Assembly (NCBI GenBank): GCA_027493525.1
Contig: JAOSKN010000002.1
Coordinates: 474,288-538,287, forward strand
DNA length: 64,000 nt
Reading direction: 5' to 3'
Origin: Planctomycetota bacterium
Lineage (GTDB): Bacteria; Planctomycetota; SZUA-567; H5-PLA8
Below are positions 10,214 through 18,653 of the stretch, piece by piece. Numbering within the stretch: position 1 is the first letter of the stretch; every line of letters begins with the position of its first letter. The position numbers and the translations under genes were made by a program. The notes under the pieces were generated by a model that did no database searches, had not been told where the DNA came from, and saw only the letters and a list, made by a program, of their open reading frames with translations.

Positions 10214-11293
10214 CTACGTCTCGGACTTTTGCGTCCTGACGCTGGCGCGGTATTCCTGGGGCGACTTGCCGATCAGGCGTTTGAAGGCGCGATTGAAATA
10301 GGAGGTTGTCTCGAAGCCGACCATGGACGCGACTTCCTTGACTTGCAGTGACGACTGGCCGAGCAGGCGGCGCGCCTCGGTGAGGCGGACCTCCTGCACG
10401 TACTCGAAGACGTTCTTGCCCGTGGTCTGCGAAAAGAGGCTGCTGAAGTAGGTCGGGCTGAGAAAGACGGCGCTGGCGATGCCCTTGAGGGTCAGCGATT
10501 CGGCGTAATGGGCCTCGATGTGCGCCTTGGCGAGGCGGATCACGTCCTGCTGCTGGGCCTTGCCTTCGGGGCGGACGCCGTGCTTGGAGATATGCCGGGC
10601 GATAAGGACGAGGATCTCGGCGAAGTTGGCGGCGACCATGCGGTCCCAGCCCTCTTCGCGCCGCACGACCTCCTCGGTGGCTTCCAGGAAGAGCTTGCAG
10701 ATGCGCGCGCAGTTGACGATGCGGGCGCCGGGATCCCAGAGAAACCCCGCGACCGGGTCGTGGCGGCTGAAGTGGATCAGCACCACGTCGCGCGCCACGC
10801 AGAACCAGGTCAGGTGGTAGGCGCGGGCAGGGTCGGCGATGCGTTCGAGGTGCAGCGTCTGGTGCGGGATGACGGCGAGTTCGCCGGTTTCGACCAGGTA
10901 GCGCTTGCCGTCGAGAGCCAGTTCGCCCCGTCCGCCCAGGCCGTAGACCCACTCCACGCTGGGATGCTTGTCGTACTTCACGGACTTTCCAGGCAGGTCG
11001 GAGCCCGTCGGGACGCGCAGGCTTTCGTTCGCGGTTCCGGGCGCGTACGGTGCGAAGGAGGGCTTGCCGTGATCGCCCGGCACGATGAGCCGCGCCCGCG
11101 TGAGCCGCGACGCTTCGGGCAGGATGGCGTCGAAGAGGATCTCCTGCACGCGCTGGCGGACCGGATCGGCGCGCAGCGCGTGCGCCCCGGCGGCGTTCGA
11201 TTCGGCGACCTGCGCTTCGCGAGGATTCATGCGCTGGATTCCGAAGGCTCGCACCGTCTCGCGCCCTGTCGGGCAGAGCGCTTCCGAAGCCAC
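10214..11293 (-). CDS. AraC family transcriptional regulator (cupin plus HTH)
   Basis: C-terminal AraC HTH pattern (IASAVFLSPTYFSSLFSQTTGKNVFEYVQEVRLTEARRLL...VGFETTSYFNRAFKRLIGKSPQEYR). Sits upstream of, and on the same strand as, the glycan-degrading cluster, and divergent from nirA. Confidence 0.8.
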   Translation of the reverse strand: MASEALCPTGRETVRAFGIQRMNPREAQVAESNAAGAHALRADPVRQRVQEILFDAILPEASRLTRARLIVPGDHGKPSFAPYAPGTANESLRVPTGSDLPGKSVKYDKHPSVEWVYGLGGRGELALDGKRYLVETGELAVIPHQTLHLERIADPARAYHLTWFCVARDVVLIHFSRHDPVAGFLWDPGARIVNCARICKLFLEATEEVVRREEGWDRMVAANFAEILVLIARHISKHGVRPEGKAQQQDVIRLAKAHIEAHYAESLTLKGIASAVFLSPTYFSSLFSQTTGKNVFEYVQEVRLTEARRLLGQSSLQVKEVASMVGFETTSYFNRAFKRLIGKSPQEYRASVRTQKSET

Positions 11294-11559
11294 ACAGTTT
11301 ACCGTCCAGGCAGGCGCGCGCAGCCTTCATTTTAGGGCCCTCGCCGGCAAGCCGGCCCACCCGGTGCTCGCCGAGGAGTTCGCCCTGAGCGCGATGGGAG
11401 CGCCTTTCGGTCCGGTTTCGGGCCATGCGCGGAAGGTTCGCGCCGGCCGGGAGCGGGAGGACTTGCCGCCTCGGGCACGGGTGGCGCGTGGGGCGAAGCA
11501 TTCTCGTTTTGCAGCGCCTGGTCGGCGGGAATGCGCAGGCTGCGCAAATCGAGTCAGCC

Positions 11560-11768
11560 CGGCTTATTGACCAATGCGTCTTGATTGAGCTGCTTCAATG
11601 CAGGCAGCGCACCGACGATTGCGGCCGCCCCCGTCTCGATTCCACGCGCTCATCTCGTGCTTTCGTAAGTGCTTACCGCCTGAACCGGGCCTGCGCGAAC
11701 CGGCTGGCACATGCTTGGCTTTGTGCGCCTGCAATCGTTTGCAACCGCCCCGGACACGGAGGCCGAGC
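11560..11768 (+). promoter_or_regulatory. candidate nirA promoter/operator region
   Basis: Minus-35-like TTGACC at 11567-11572. Palindrome ATTGA-N6-TCAAT at 11584-11599. Palindrome TGCAA-N4-TTGCA at 11730-11743. Shine-Dalgarno GGAGG at 11758-11762, 6 nt before the nirA ATG at 11769. Confidence 0.35.
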
Positions 11769-13275
11769 ATGAACGCGGTCGAAAAACTGAAGCAGGCGAA
11801 AGACGGGCTCGACATGGCGGAGGAACTGGAGCGGATCGGCGGCGGCGGGCTGGCAGGCGCTGGGCGCCGACGAACTGCAACGGCTCAAGTGGCTGGGCCT
11901 GTTCCATCGCGAGCAGACGCCCGGCCGCTTCATGCAGCGGCTGCGCCTGACGCATGGGCTGGTCAGTTCCAACCAGGCGCGCGCGATCGCGCGCTGCGCG
12001 AGCGACTTCGGGAGCGGCGTCCTGGACCTCACCACGCGGCAGCAGGTCCAACTGCGCGATCTGAGCCTCTCCGACGTGCCGGCGCTCTTCGCGCGGCAGC
12101 ACGCCGCCGGCCTGCATTCGATGCAGACGGGCATGGACAACGTCCGGAACGTCACCGGTTGCCCGGTGGCCGGGCTGGACGCCGCGGAGCTTCTCGATAC
12201 GCGCCTGCTGGCGCGCGAACTGACCGATCAGCTCATGGGCAACCGCGCCTACACGAACCTGCCGCGGAAGTTCAACCTGTGCCTTTCCGGATGCAGCGAG
12301 AATTGCGCCCACGCGGAGACCAACGACCTGGCCTTCGTCCCCGCCGCGCGCGAGCGGCGGCAGGGCCGGGAACTCGGCTTCAACTTGCGGGCCGGCGGCG
12401 CCTTGGGGGGCGCCGCGCCGCGCTTCGCCACGCCGCTGGACGTGTTCGTCCGCCCGGAGGAGGTCGTGGAGGCGGCGCTATGCGTCCTCGACCTGTTCAG
12501 GGATCACGGGCCGCGCGAGCGGCGCAGCCACAGCCGCCTGAAGGTACTGCTCGAGACCTGGGGCGAAGTGCGCTTCCGCGCCGAACTGGAAGCCCGGCTC
12601 GGGCGGCGCCTGGAGCGCGCCGCCGAACGGGAATACCTCGGCGAAGGCCTGAACGCGCATCTGGGCGTGCACAAGCAGCGGCAGGCGGACCTGTACTACG
12701 TCGGCCTGTGCGTGCCGGTGGGCCGCATGCGGGCCGCCCAGTTGGAAGGGCTGGCCGAGCTGGCGGAGCGCTTCGGCAAGGGGCAGTTGCGGTTCACCGT
12801 GGGCCAGAACGTCCTGATCCCGCACGTGCCGGAATCCCGGTTGAACGCGCTGCTGGCCGAGCCGCTGCTGAACGAACTCTCCCCCGCGCCCCATCCGGCG
12901 CTGGCGGGGCTGGTGGCCTGCGTAGGCAACGACTACTGCGCCTATTCGACGATCGACACCAAGGGCCTGGGCCTGCAGCTCGCCGAACGGCTCAAGGGTC
13001 GCCTCCCCGACGACGAGCCCGCGCGCATCCACATCTCGGGTTGCCCGCGCGGGTGCGGCAAGCACCAGGTCGCGGCCTTCGGCCTCCTGGGCAGCCTTCA
13101 GCGCTGCGGGGACGAGATACGGCCCGCGGCGGAGCTCTTCCTCGGCGGCGCCCTGGGACCGCGGATGAAGCTGGGAGAAAAGGCCGCGGAGCGGATCGAT
13201 TGGAGCGAACTGCCCGACCTGCTGGTCCGGCTGGCGGGCGGCGCAGGCGCCGAAACCGCGCGGCGCAGCGCCTGA
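11769..13275 (+). CDS. nirA: ferredoxin-nitrite reductase NirA (siroheme/4Fe-4S), interrupted by an apparent +1 frameshift in the G-run at 11847-11850
   Basis: The N-terminus MNAVEKLKQAKDGLDMAEELERIGGGG is in frame 0. After GGCGGCGGCGGG the NirA-like sequence WQALGADELQRLKWLGLFHREQTPGRFMQRLRL continues in frame +1 to the stop at 13273-13275. Metal-cluster cysteines are present (CPVAG...SGCSENC and SGCPRGCGK). Removing one G restores a contiguous protein. Confidence 0.8.
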
Positions 13276-13308
13276 GGCCGCAGCCGCTATTCATTGGGGA
13301 CCCTACGG

Positions 13309-14508
13309 ATGAGCAACCTGCGCCTGTTCCTGAAGTCCGGCCACTGGCCGACCCTGTTGAGTTCGTTCCTGTACTTCGACCTGAGTTTCATGGCCTGGAT
13401 GCTCGTGGGCGCCCTGGCGAACCATATCTCCTCCGAGTTCGGGCTTTCGGCCGGCGAGAAGGGCTGCATGGTCGCGCTCCCGCTGCTTGGCGGCTCGCTC
13501 TTGCGCCTGGCGCTCGGCGCGCTGGCCGACCGGATCGGGGCCAAGCGCACCGCGCAGGCGGGGTTGGGCCTGACGCTGCTGCCGCTGCTCTACGGCTGGC
13601 TGGGCGCGGACTCGCTGGCCGAGGTGTACCTGGTCGGCCTCCTGCTGGGCGTGGCCGGGGCGAGCTTCGCGGTGGCGCTGCCCCTGGCCAGCCGCTGGTA
13701 TCCGGCGGAGCAGCAGGGCCTGGCCCTAGGCATCGCCGGCGCGGGCAACAGCGGGACGGTGCTGGCCACGCTGTTCGCGCCCCGCCTCGCGGAGGCATGG
13801 GGCTGGCAGGCCGTCTTCGGCCTGGCGGCGCTGCCGATCCTGGCCTGCCTTGCCGTCTTGACGCTGCTGGCCCGCGAGGCTCCAGGCGGCCCCGGTCCGC
13901 GGCAGCGGCGGGATTACCGGGCGCTCCTCGCCCACCCCGAAGCGCTCCGGCTCGGCTTCATCTACGCGCTGACCTTTGGCGGCTTCGTGGGCCTGGCGAG
14001 CTTCCTGCCGGTCTTCTTTCACGACCAGTATGCGGCGAGCCGCGTGTCGGCCGGGGATTTCGCGACGCTCTGCGTGATCGCGGGGAGCTTCCTGCGTCCC
14101 GTCGGTGGCTGGCTGGCCGACCGGTTCGGAGGGCTGCGCGTCCTGCCGGCGATCCTCGGGGGCGCGACCCTGGGCCTGGGCATGCTGGCGCTGCTGCCCT
14201 TCCTGGAACTGGCCGTCTTGACGCTCTTCTGCGTGATGGCGCTCCTGGGCGCGGGCAATGGCGCGGTCTTCCAGCTCGTGGCCCGGCATTTCGGTTCGCG
14301 CATGGGCGCGGCGACCGGGCTGATCGGGGCGGTTGGGGGTCTGGGGGGCTTCTGTCTTCCGATCGGACTGGGACTGGCCCAAGGCGCTTCCGGAAGCTAC
14401 GGGTCCGGGCTGGCGGGACTGGCGGCGATGATGGCCGGCGGAGCGCTCCTGCTGCTCGCGCAGGCGCGGGCGCGAGCCGAACGGCCGGCCCTGAAAGGCG
14501 AGGCGTGA
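13309..14508 (+). CDS. narK: nitrate/nitrite transporter, MFS NarK/NrtP family
   Basis: 12-TM MFS protein (MSNLRLFLKSGHWPTLL..., many G/A-rich helices) between nirA and the nitrate reductase. ATG at 13309; the track start at 13294 is TTG. Confidence 0.8.
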   Translation: MSNLRLFLKSGHWPTLLSSFLYFDLSFMAWMLVGALANHISSEFGLSAGEKGCMVALPLLGGSLLRLALGALADRIGAKRTAQAGLGLTLLPLLYGWLGADSLAEVYLVGLLLGVAGASFAVALPLASRWYPAEQQGLALGIAGAGNSGTVLATLFAPRLAEAWGWQAVFGLAALPILACLAVLTLLAREAPGGPGPRQRRDYRALLAHPEALRLGFIYALTFGGFVGLASFLPVFFHDQYAASRVSAGDFATLCVIAGSFLRPVGGWLADRFGGLRVLPAILGGATLGLGMLALLPFLELAVLTLFCVMALLGAGNGAVFQLVARHFGSRMGAATGLIGAVGGLGGFCLPIGLGLAQGASGSYGSGLAGLAAMMAGGALLLLAQARARAERPALKGEA

Positions 14509-16718
14509 GCGCGCCGGGATTGCACTCGGGGGAGTCCGTCTGCCCCTACTGCGGCGTGGGATGCCGGCTGTGGGTCGAGGCCGAAGGCTCGCGGTTGATT
14601 CGCGTCAAGGGCGTGCCGGACGCGGCGGCCAACAGGGGGCGCTTGTGCCACAAAGGCGCCACGCTGTGGCACGTGGTCGATACGCCCGACCGGCTGAGGT
14701 TCCCCTTGCAGCGGACGCTGGGCGGGAAGTTCCGCCGCATCTCCTGGCCCAAGGCGCTTAAGCTGCTGAGCGGCAGGCTGCGCGCCCTGCATGAGGCGCA
14801 CGGCGCGGACGCGCTGGCCTTCTACGGCTCCGGGCAGTTGGACACCGAGACGGCGTATCTGATCTGCAAGCTGTTCAAGGGGTATCTGGGCGCCAACAAC
14901 ACGGACTCGAACAGCCGGCTGTGCATGGCCAGCGCGGCGGTCGCCTACGCCACGGCGCTGGGGAGCGACGGGCCGCCGACCTGCTACGAGGACATCGCCC
15001 AGGCCGAGACCCTCCTCGTGCTGGGCAGCAACATGGCCGAGGCGCACCCCGTCGCGTTCGACCTGCTGCGGCAGCGGCTGCGCGAGGACGCCGGCGCGCG
15101 GCTGATCGTGATCGATCCGCGGCGCACGCCGACCGCCGAACGGGCGCACCTGCACCTGCCGCTCAAGCCGGGGAGCGACCTGGCGTTGCTGAACGCGCTG
15201 GCCCTGCTGCTGCGCCCCGGCGCCGACCGCGGCTTCATCGCGCGGCACGCCAGCGGATTCGAGGCCTACGAGGCCTTTCTGGACAGCCTGGACCTGGAGG
15301 CCCTGATCAAGGAGACGGGCCTTGCGGCGGAGCAGGTTCGCGCGGCCGCCGAGCTCCTGCGCGGCCGGCGCTTCCTCACGTTCTACTGCATGGGCGCCAA
15401 CCAGAGCCGCGAAGGCGTCGCCAAGAACCTGGCGATTCTCAATCTCCATTTATTGACGGGCCAGATTGGAACGCCGGGCGCGGGGCCGTTCTCGCTGACC
15501 GGGCAGCCGAACGCGATGGGCGGACGCGAGGCCGGACTGCTCGCGCACCAGTTGCCGGGCTACCGGTTCGTCGCCGACGCGGGCCACCGGGGCGAGGTCG
15601 AGGACCACTGGGGCTACCCGCGCGGTTCGATCTCGGCCCGCCCTGGCCTGACGGCCGTCGAGATGTTTCGCGCGCTGGAACGCGGCCGGCTCAAGGCCCT
15701 CTGGATCGCGGGCACCAATCCCGCCGCGAGCATGCCGGACCTGCATCAGATCAAGCGCGCCTTCGCGGCCGCCGAGTTCGTGGTCGTCCAGGACTGCTAC
15801 CACCCCACCGAGACGACCCTGCACGCCGACCTGATCCTCCCGGCCGCGCAATGGGTCGAGAAAGCCTGGACCGGCACGAACAGCGAACGGATGGTGAGTT
15901 ACAGCCCCAGGCTGGTCGAACCCGTGGGCGAAGCGCTGCCGGATTTCGAGATCCTGCGCCGCGCCGGCGCGGCGCTGGGCGCGCCGGGCTTCGACGCGGC
16001 CACCCGCGAGAGCGTCTGGGACGAGTACAGGCTCCTCACGGCCGGCCGGCCCTGCGATCAGGCGGGGATCAGCGCCGAGCGGCTCAAGCGCGTCCGCGAA
16101 CTGCAATGGCCCTGCCCGCACGAGGCCCATCCCGGCACCTTGCGCCGCTATCTCGACCGGAACTTTCCGACGCCCGACGGCCGCGCGCGCTTTCATCCCG
16201 TGCCGGCCCGCGGGCCGCTCGAACGGACCGACGCCGAATGCCCGCTCGTCCTGACCACCGGGCGCCTGGCCGCGCACTGGCACACCCGCACGCGTACGGG
16301 GAAAGTCGCTTCGCTCAATTTCAAGGCTCCGGGTCCGATCCTGCAGATCCATCCGCTCGACGCCCAGGCGCGCGGAATCCAAGACGGCGCGACCGTCGTG
16401 GTCTCGAACCGCCGCGGCTTCATGCGCGTGGTGGCCGAGGTCACGGAGACGATCCTGCCCGGCACGGTCTTCTCCACCTTCCATTGGGGCGACCTGCATG
16501 CGCCCCACAGCAACGCCAACCTGCTGACCCATGCGGCCCTGGATCCGCTCAGCAAGCAGCCCGAGTACAAGTTCGCCGCGGTGGAGGTCGTCCTCGATAC
16601 GCCCGCGCGCATGGCGGAGGACGACCGAGCCCTGCCTCAGGCGAAGTTCCCCGCGGGCTGGTTCGCGCTTGGAAAACCGCGGGAGCGCAGCACGGCTTTG
16701 AAGCCGTCTCGCGCGTGA
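14505..16718 (+). CDS. nasA: assimilatory nitrate reductase catalytic subunit (molybdopterin oxidoreductase, NasA/NarB type)
   Basis: GTG start overlaps the narK stop (GTGA). N-terminal [4Fe-4S] motif CPYCGVGC, then molybdopterin oxidoreductase domains (GPFSLTGQPNAMGGRE, the C-terminal MopB-binding region). It reads in the same frame as the spurious 1706-aa track ORF. Confidence 0.9.
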   Translation: MSAPGLHSGESVCPYCGVGCRLWVEAEGSRLIRVKGVPDAAANRGRLCHKGATLWHVVDTPDRLRFPLQRTLGGKFRRISWPKALKLLSGRLRALHEAHGADALAFYGSGQLDTETAYLICKLFKGYLGANNTDSNSRLCMASAAVAYATALGSDGPPTCYEDIAQAETLLVLGSNMAEAHPVAFDLLRQRLREDAGARLIVIDPRRTPTAERAHLHLPLKPGSDLALLNALALLLRPGADRGFIARHASGFEAYEAFLDSLDLEALIKETGLAAEQVRAAAELLRGRRFLTFYCMGANQSREGVAKNLAILNLHLLTGQIGTPGAGPFSLTGQPNAMGGREAGLLAHQLPGYRFVADAGHRGEVEDHWGYPRGSISARPGLTAVEMFRALERGRLKALWIAGTNPAASMPDLHQIKRAFAAAEFVVVQDCYHPTETTLHADLILPAAQWVEKAWTGTNSERMVSYSPRLVEPVGEALPDFEILRRAGAALGAPGFDAATRESVWDEYRLLTAGRPCDQAGISAERLKRVRELQWPCPHEAHPGTLRRYLDRNFPTPDGRARFHPVPARGPLERTDAECPLVLTTGRLAAHWHTRTRTGKVASLNFKAPGPILQIHPLDAQARGIQDGATVVVSNRRGFMRVVAEVTETILPGTVFSTFHWGDLHAPHSNANLLTHAALDPLSKQPEYKFAAVEVVLDTPARMAEDDRALPQAKFPAGWFALGKPRERSTALKPSRA

Positions 16719-16826
16719 CCTTCGCCCTGAACTCGTGTGGGGTTTAACCTGCGCGCTGGGCGGCAGAGCGGCGTGACCGATGCGGGGGGCGGGATGCGCA
16801 GGCGACGACTTCGGGAACCTCAAGTT

Positions 16827-16904
16827 GGCGGGCTCGACGGGACTCGAACCCGCAACCCTCGGATCGACAGTCCGATACTCTAACCAATTGAGCTACGAGC
16901 CCGC
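16827..16904 (-). tRNA. tRNA-Asp: tRNA-Asp (anticodon GTC)
   Basis: The reverse complement GCGGGCTCGTAGCTCAATTGGTTAGAGTATCGGACTGTCGATCCGAGGGTTGCGGGTTCGAGTCCCGTCGAGCCCGCC folds as a cloverleaf: a 7-bp acceptor stem GCGGGCT/AGCCCGC, anticodon loop CTGTCGA, and a T-arm GGGTTCGAGTCCC. It closely resembles bacterial tRNA-Asp. No CCA is encoded. Confidence 0.85.
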
Positions 16905-16913
16905 TTGAGGTTC

Positions 16914-16940
16914 CCGGTCCTTCGACCGGAAAGGTTTTTA
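16914..16940 (+). terminator. candidate rho-independent terminator (hairpin CCGGTC-CTTC-GACCGG followed by AAAGGTTTTT)
   Basis: Perfect 6-bp stem with a 4-nt loop and a downstream T-run on the plus strand, just beyond the tRNA and downstream of nasA. Confidence 0.3.
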
Positions 16941-17035
16941 CTCGAAGCGGCTGTGGTTGCAAGTGCCGCCGCGCGGCCGAGCGCATCTTCCACCGAAGGC
17001 CCGCTGCCTTGTTCAACATCTGTGCTGTCCGGGGG

Positions 17036-17908
17036 TTACGGCTTGCGCCCGGAGAGCATGGCGTTGCGATATTGGCGCGGCGAGAGCCCTTCGGCGCGGC
17101 CAAAGAGGCGCGTGAAGTAGCGCACGTCGGCGAAGCCGCAGGCGCGCGCGATCTCGCCGACCTGGAGGCGCGGATCGAGGAGCAGCTCGCGCGCGAGGTT
17201 CAGGCGGCGACGCTGGATCAGTTCGAGCGGCCCGCGCCCAAAGACTTCCCTGCACAGCCGGCGGAAGTGGGACTCGCTGAGTCCCGCCGCCTCGGCCAAG
17301 TCGCCGATCGCCAACTGCGGGTCGCCCAGGCGGCGCTGGAGGGTCTCAAGCGCCTGCCGCGCGCGCCAGGCGCTGACGCCTTGCGCCGCGCGGTCCGCGC
17401 CGGATTCGTCGAGCGGCCCCACCGGCCGGAGCGGGCCGTCGAAGAGGTGGGCCAGGAACGCCAGGAATTCGCCGCGCCAGCGCAGGCGGCTCCAGGGTTG
17501 CCCCGGCTTGACGCGCCGGGCGACTTCGAGCATCTGCTTGGCCGCCGGCGAACCGAGGCCCAGATGGAGCGGATTGGGGAAGGGGCGCGCGCCGGCCAGG
17601 CGGATGGGACCGCGCGGCTGGCGCTGCCGGGCGTCGAAATCGAAATGGATGAAGCAGTGCCAGGTGCCCCGCGAGCCCCAGTAAAAGGTGTGCCGTTCGT
17701 GGGGGCGCAGGAGGTACAGGTCGCCCGCGAGCAGCCGGCGCGCGCCGCGGTCGTCCTCGTAGCGCCCCGCGCCCTGGGTGATGAGGACGAACTCGTGGTC
17801 GGGCAGCGCGCGCGGGCCGACCACTCCGCGCGCGAAGCCCGGATGGTGTTCCCAGCGCCGGACCACCGGCTGCAGGTCGTAGGGATCGAGAAGCGTTTCG
17901 TCGCGCAT
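17036..17908 (-). CDS. AraC family transcriptional regulator
   Basis: The real protein starts at MRDETLLDPYDL (ATG RC at 17908); upstream of that the ORF is Arg/Ala-rich junk. C-terminal HTH_AraC (LAIGDLAEAAGLSESHFRRLCREVFGRGPLELIQRRRLNLARELL...CGFADVRYFTRLFGRAEGLSPRQYR). Confidence 0.8.
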   Translation of the reverse strand: MRDETLLDPYDLQPVVRRWEHHPGFARGVVGPRALPDHEFVLITQGAGRYEDDRGARRLLAGDLYLLRPHERHTFYWGSRGTWHCFIHFDFDARQRQPRGPIRLAGARPFPNPLHLGLGSPAAKQMLEVARRVKPGQPWSRLRWRGEFLAFLAHLFDGPLRPVGPLDESGADRAAQGVSAWRARQALETLQRRLGDPQLAIGDLAEAAGLSESHFRRLCREVFGRGPLELIQRRRLNLARELLLDPRLQVGEIARACGFADVRYFTRLFGRAEGLSPRQYRNAMLSGRKP

Positions 17909-18005
17909 GGCGCCTTCCAGGGCGAGCCTCGCGCGTCGGTTTGCGGCGCGCGCCGGCCATGTTAATCTCGCTCCGTGCTTTGCGGCAAGGCGACGGGAGC
18001 CCGCG

Positions 18006-18650
18006 GTGTCCGACCTGCGCGATCTGAAGCTGCGCGATTTTCTCGGCGCGCTCGCCGCCCGGCAGCCCACGCCCGGCGGCGGGGCGGCCGCGGCCCTGGC
18101 GGGCGCGGCGGGCGCGGCGTTGGCCGGCATGTGCGCGGCCTACACCAGCGGCGAGAAGTTCAAGGCGGCCGAACCGCGCGCCCGCGCGGCGCTCGAGCGG
18201 CTGGAGCCGCTGCGCGAGCGCCTGGCCGAACTGATCGAACGCGACGCGCGCGCCTACGCTGCCTGGACCGAGGCGCGGAAGCTCCCCCGCGGCGGCGAAG
18301 CCGAGAAACGCGCGCGGCAGGCCGCGCTGGAGGCGGCCCGGGAAGAGGCGATCGCGGTCCCCGAGACGGTCCTCGCCGCGGCGCTTGAAGGTCTGGAACA
18401 GGCCTCCGAGCTGGCCGGCTGGTGCAATCCGAGCCTGCTCGCCGACGTGCCGGTGGCCGCGCGTCTGCTGGAGGCCGCCGCGAGCGGGGCCTGCACGCAG
18501 GCCCTGGGCAACCTGCGCCCGTGGGCGCCGGGTTCGCCGGAGGCCGCGCGCGCCGCCGAGGCGCGGAAGCGCCGCGCGCGCTGCGCCGAATTGGCTGCGC
18601 GGATCGAAGCCGCGGTCATGAAGTCCTGGGGCTTGCCGGACGATACCTGA
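18006..18650 (+). CDS. formiminotransferase-cyclodeaminase C-terminal-like protein (formimino-THF cyclodeaminase/methenyl-THF cyclohydrolase family)
   Basis: GTG start at 18006. Strong FTCD_C pattern LRDFLGALAARQPTPGGGAAAALAGAAGAALAGMCAAYT...AYAAWTEARKLPRG. All-alpha composition. Confidence 0.75.
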   Translation: MSDLRDLKLRDFLGALAARQPTPGGGAAAALAGAAGAALAGMCAAYTSGEKFKAAEPRARAALERLEPLRERLAELIERDARAYAAWTEARKLPRGGEAEKRARQAALEAAREEAIAVPETVLAAALEGLEQASELAGWCNPSLLADVPVAARLLEAAASGACTQALGNLRPWAPGSPEAARAAEARKRRARCAELAARIEAAVMKSWGLPDDT

Positions 18651-18653
18651 ACC

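Noticed and set aside
6134-10351. Plus-strand ORFs 6134..7873 and 8036..10351
   Set aside because: Antisense shadows of the minus-strand secreted-protein genes. They have no family signatures and low-complexity composition.
11598-16718. 1706-aa plus-strand ORF spanning the whole nitrate locus
   Set aside because: Only its first about 80 codons after 11769 (nirA N-terminus) and its last 737 codons (nasA from GTG 14505) are protein-like. The middle is Arg/Ala/Pro-rich read-through of nirA and narK in the wrong frame, kept open by high GC and the nirA frameshift.
17909-18130. N-terminal 74-codon extension of AraC ORF 17036..18130, and the similar extension of 39601..42735
   Set aside because: The extensions are Ala/Arg/Pro-rich with no signal or domain. 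The protein-like sequence begins at internal Met codons (17908 and 42057).
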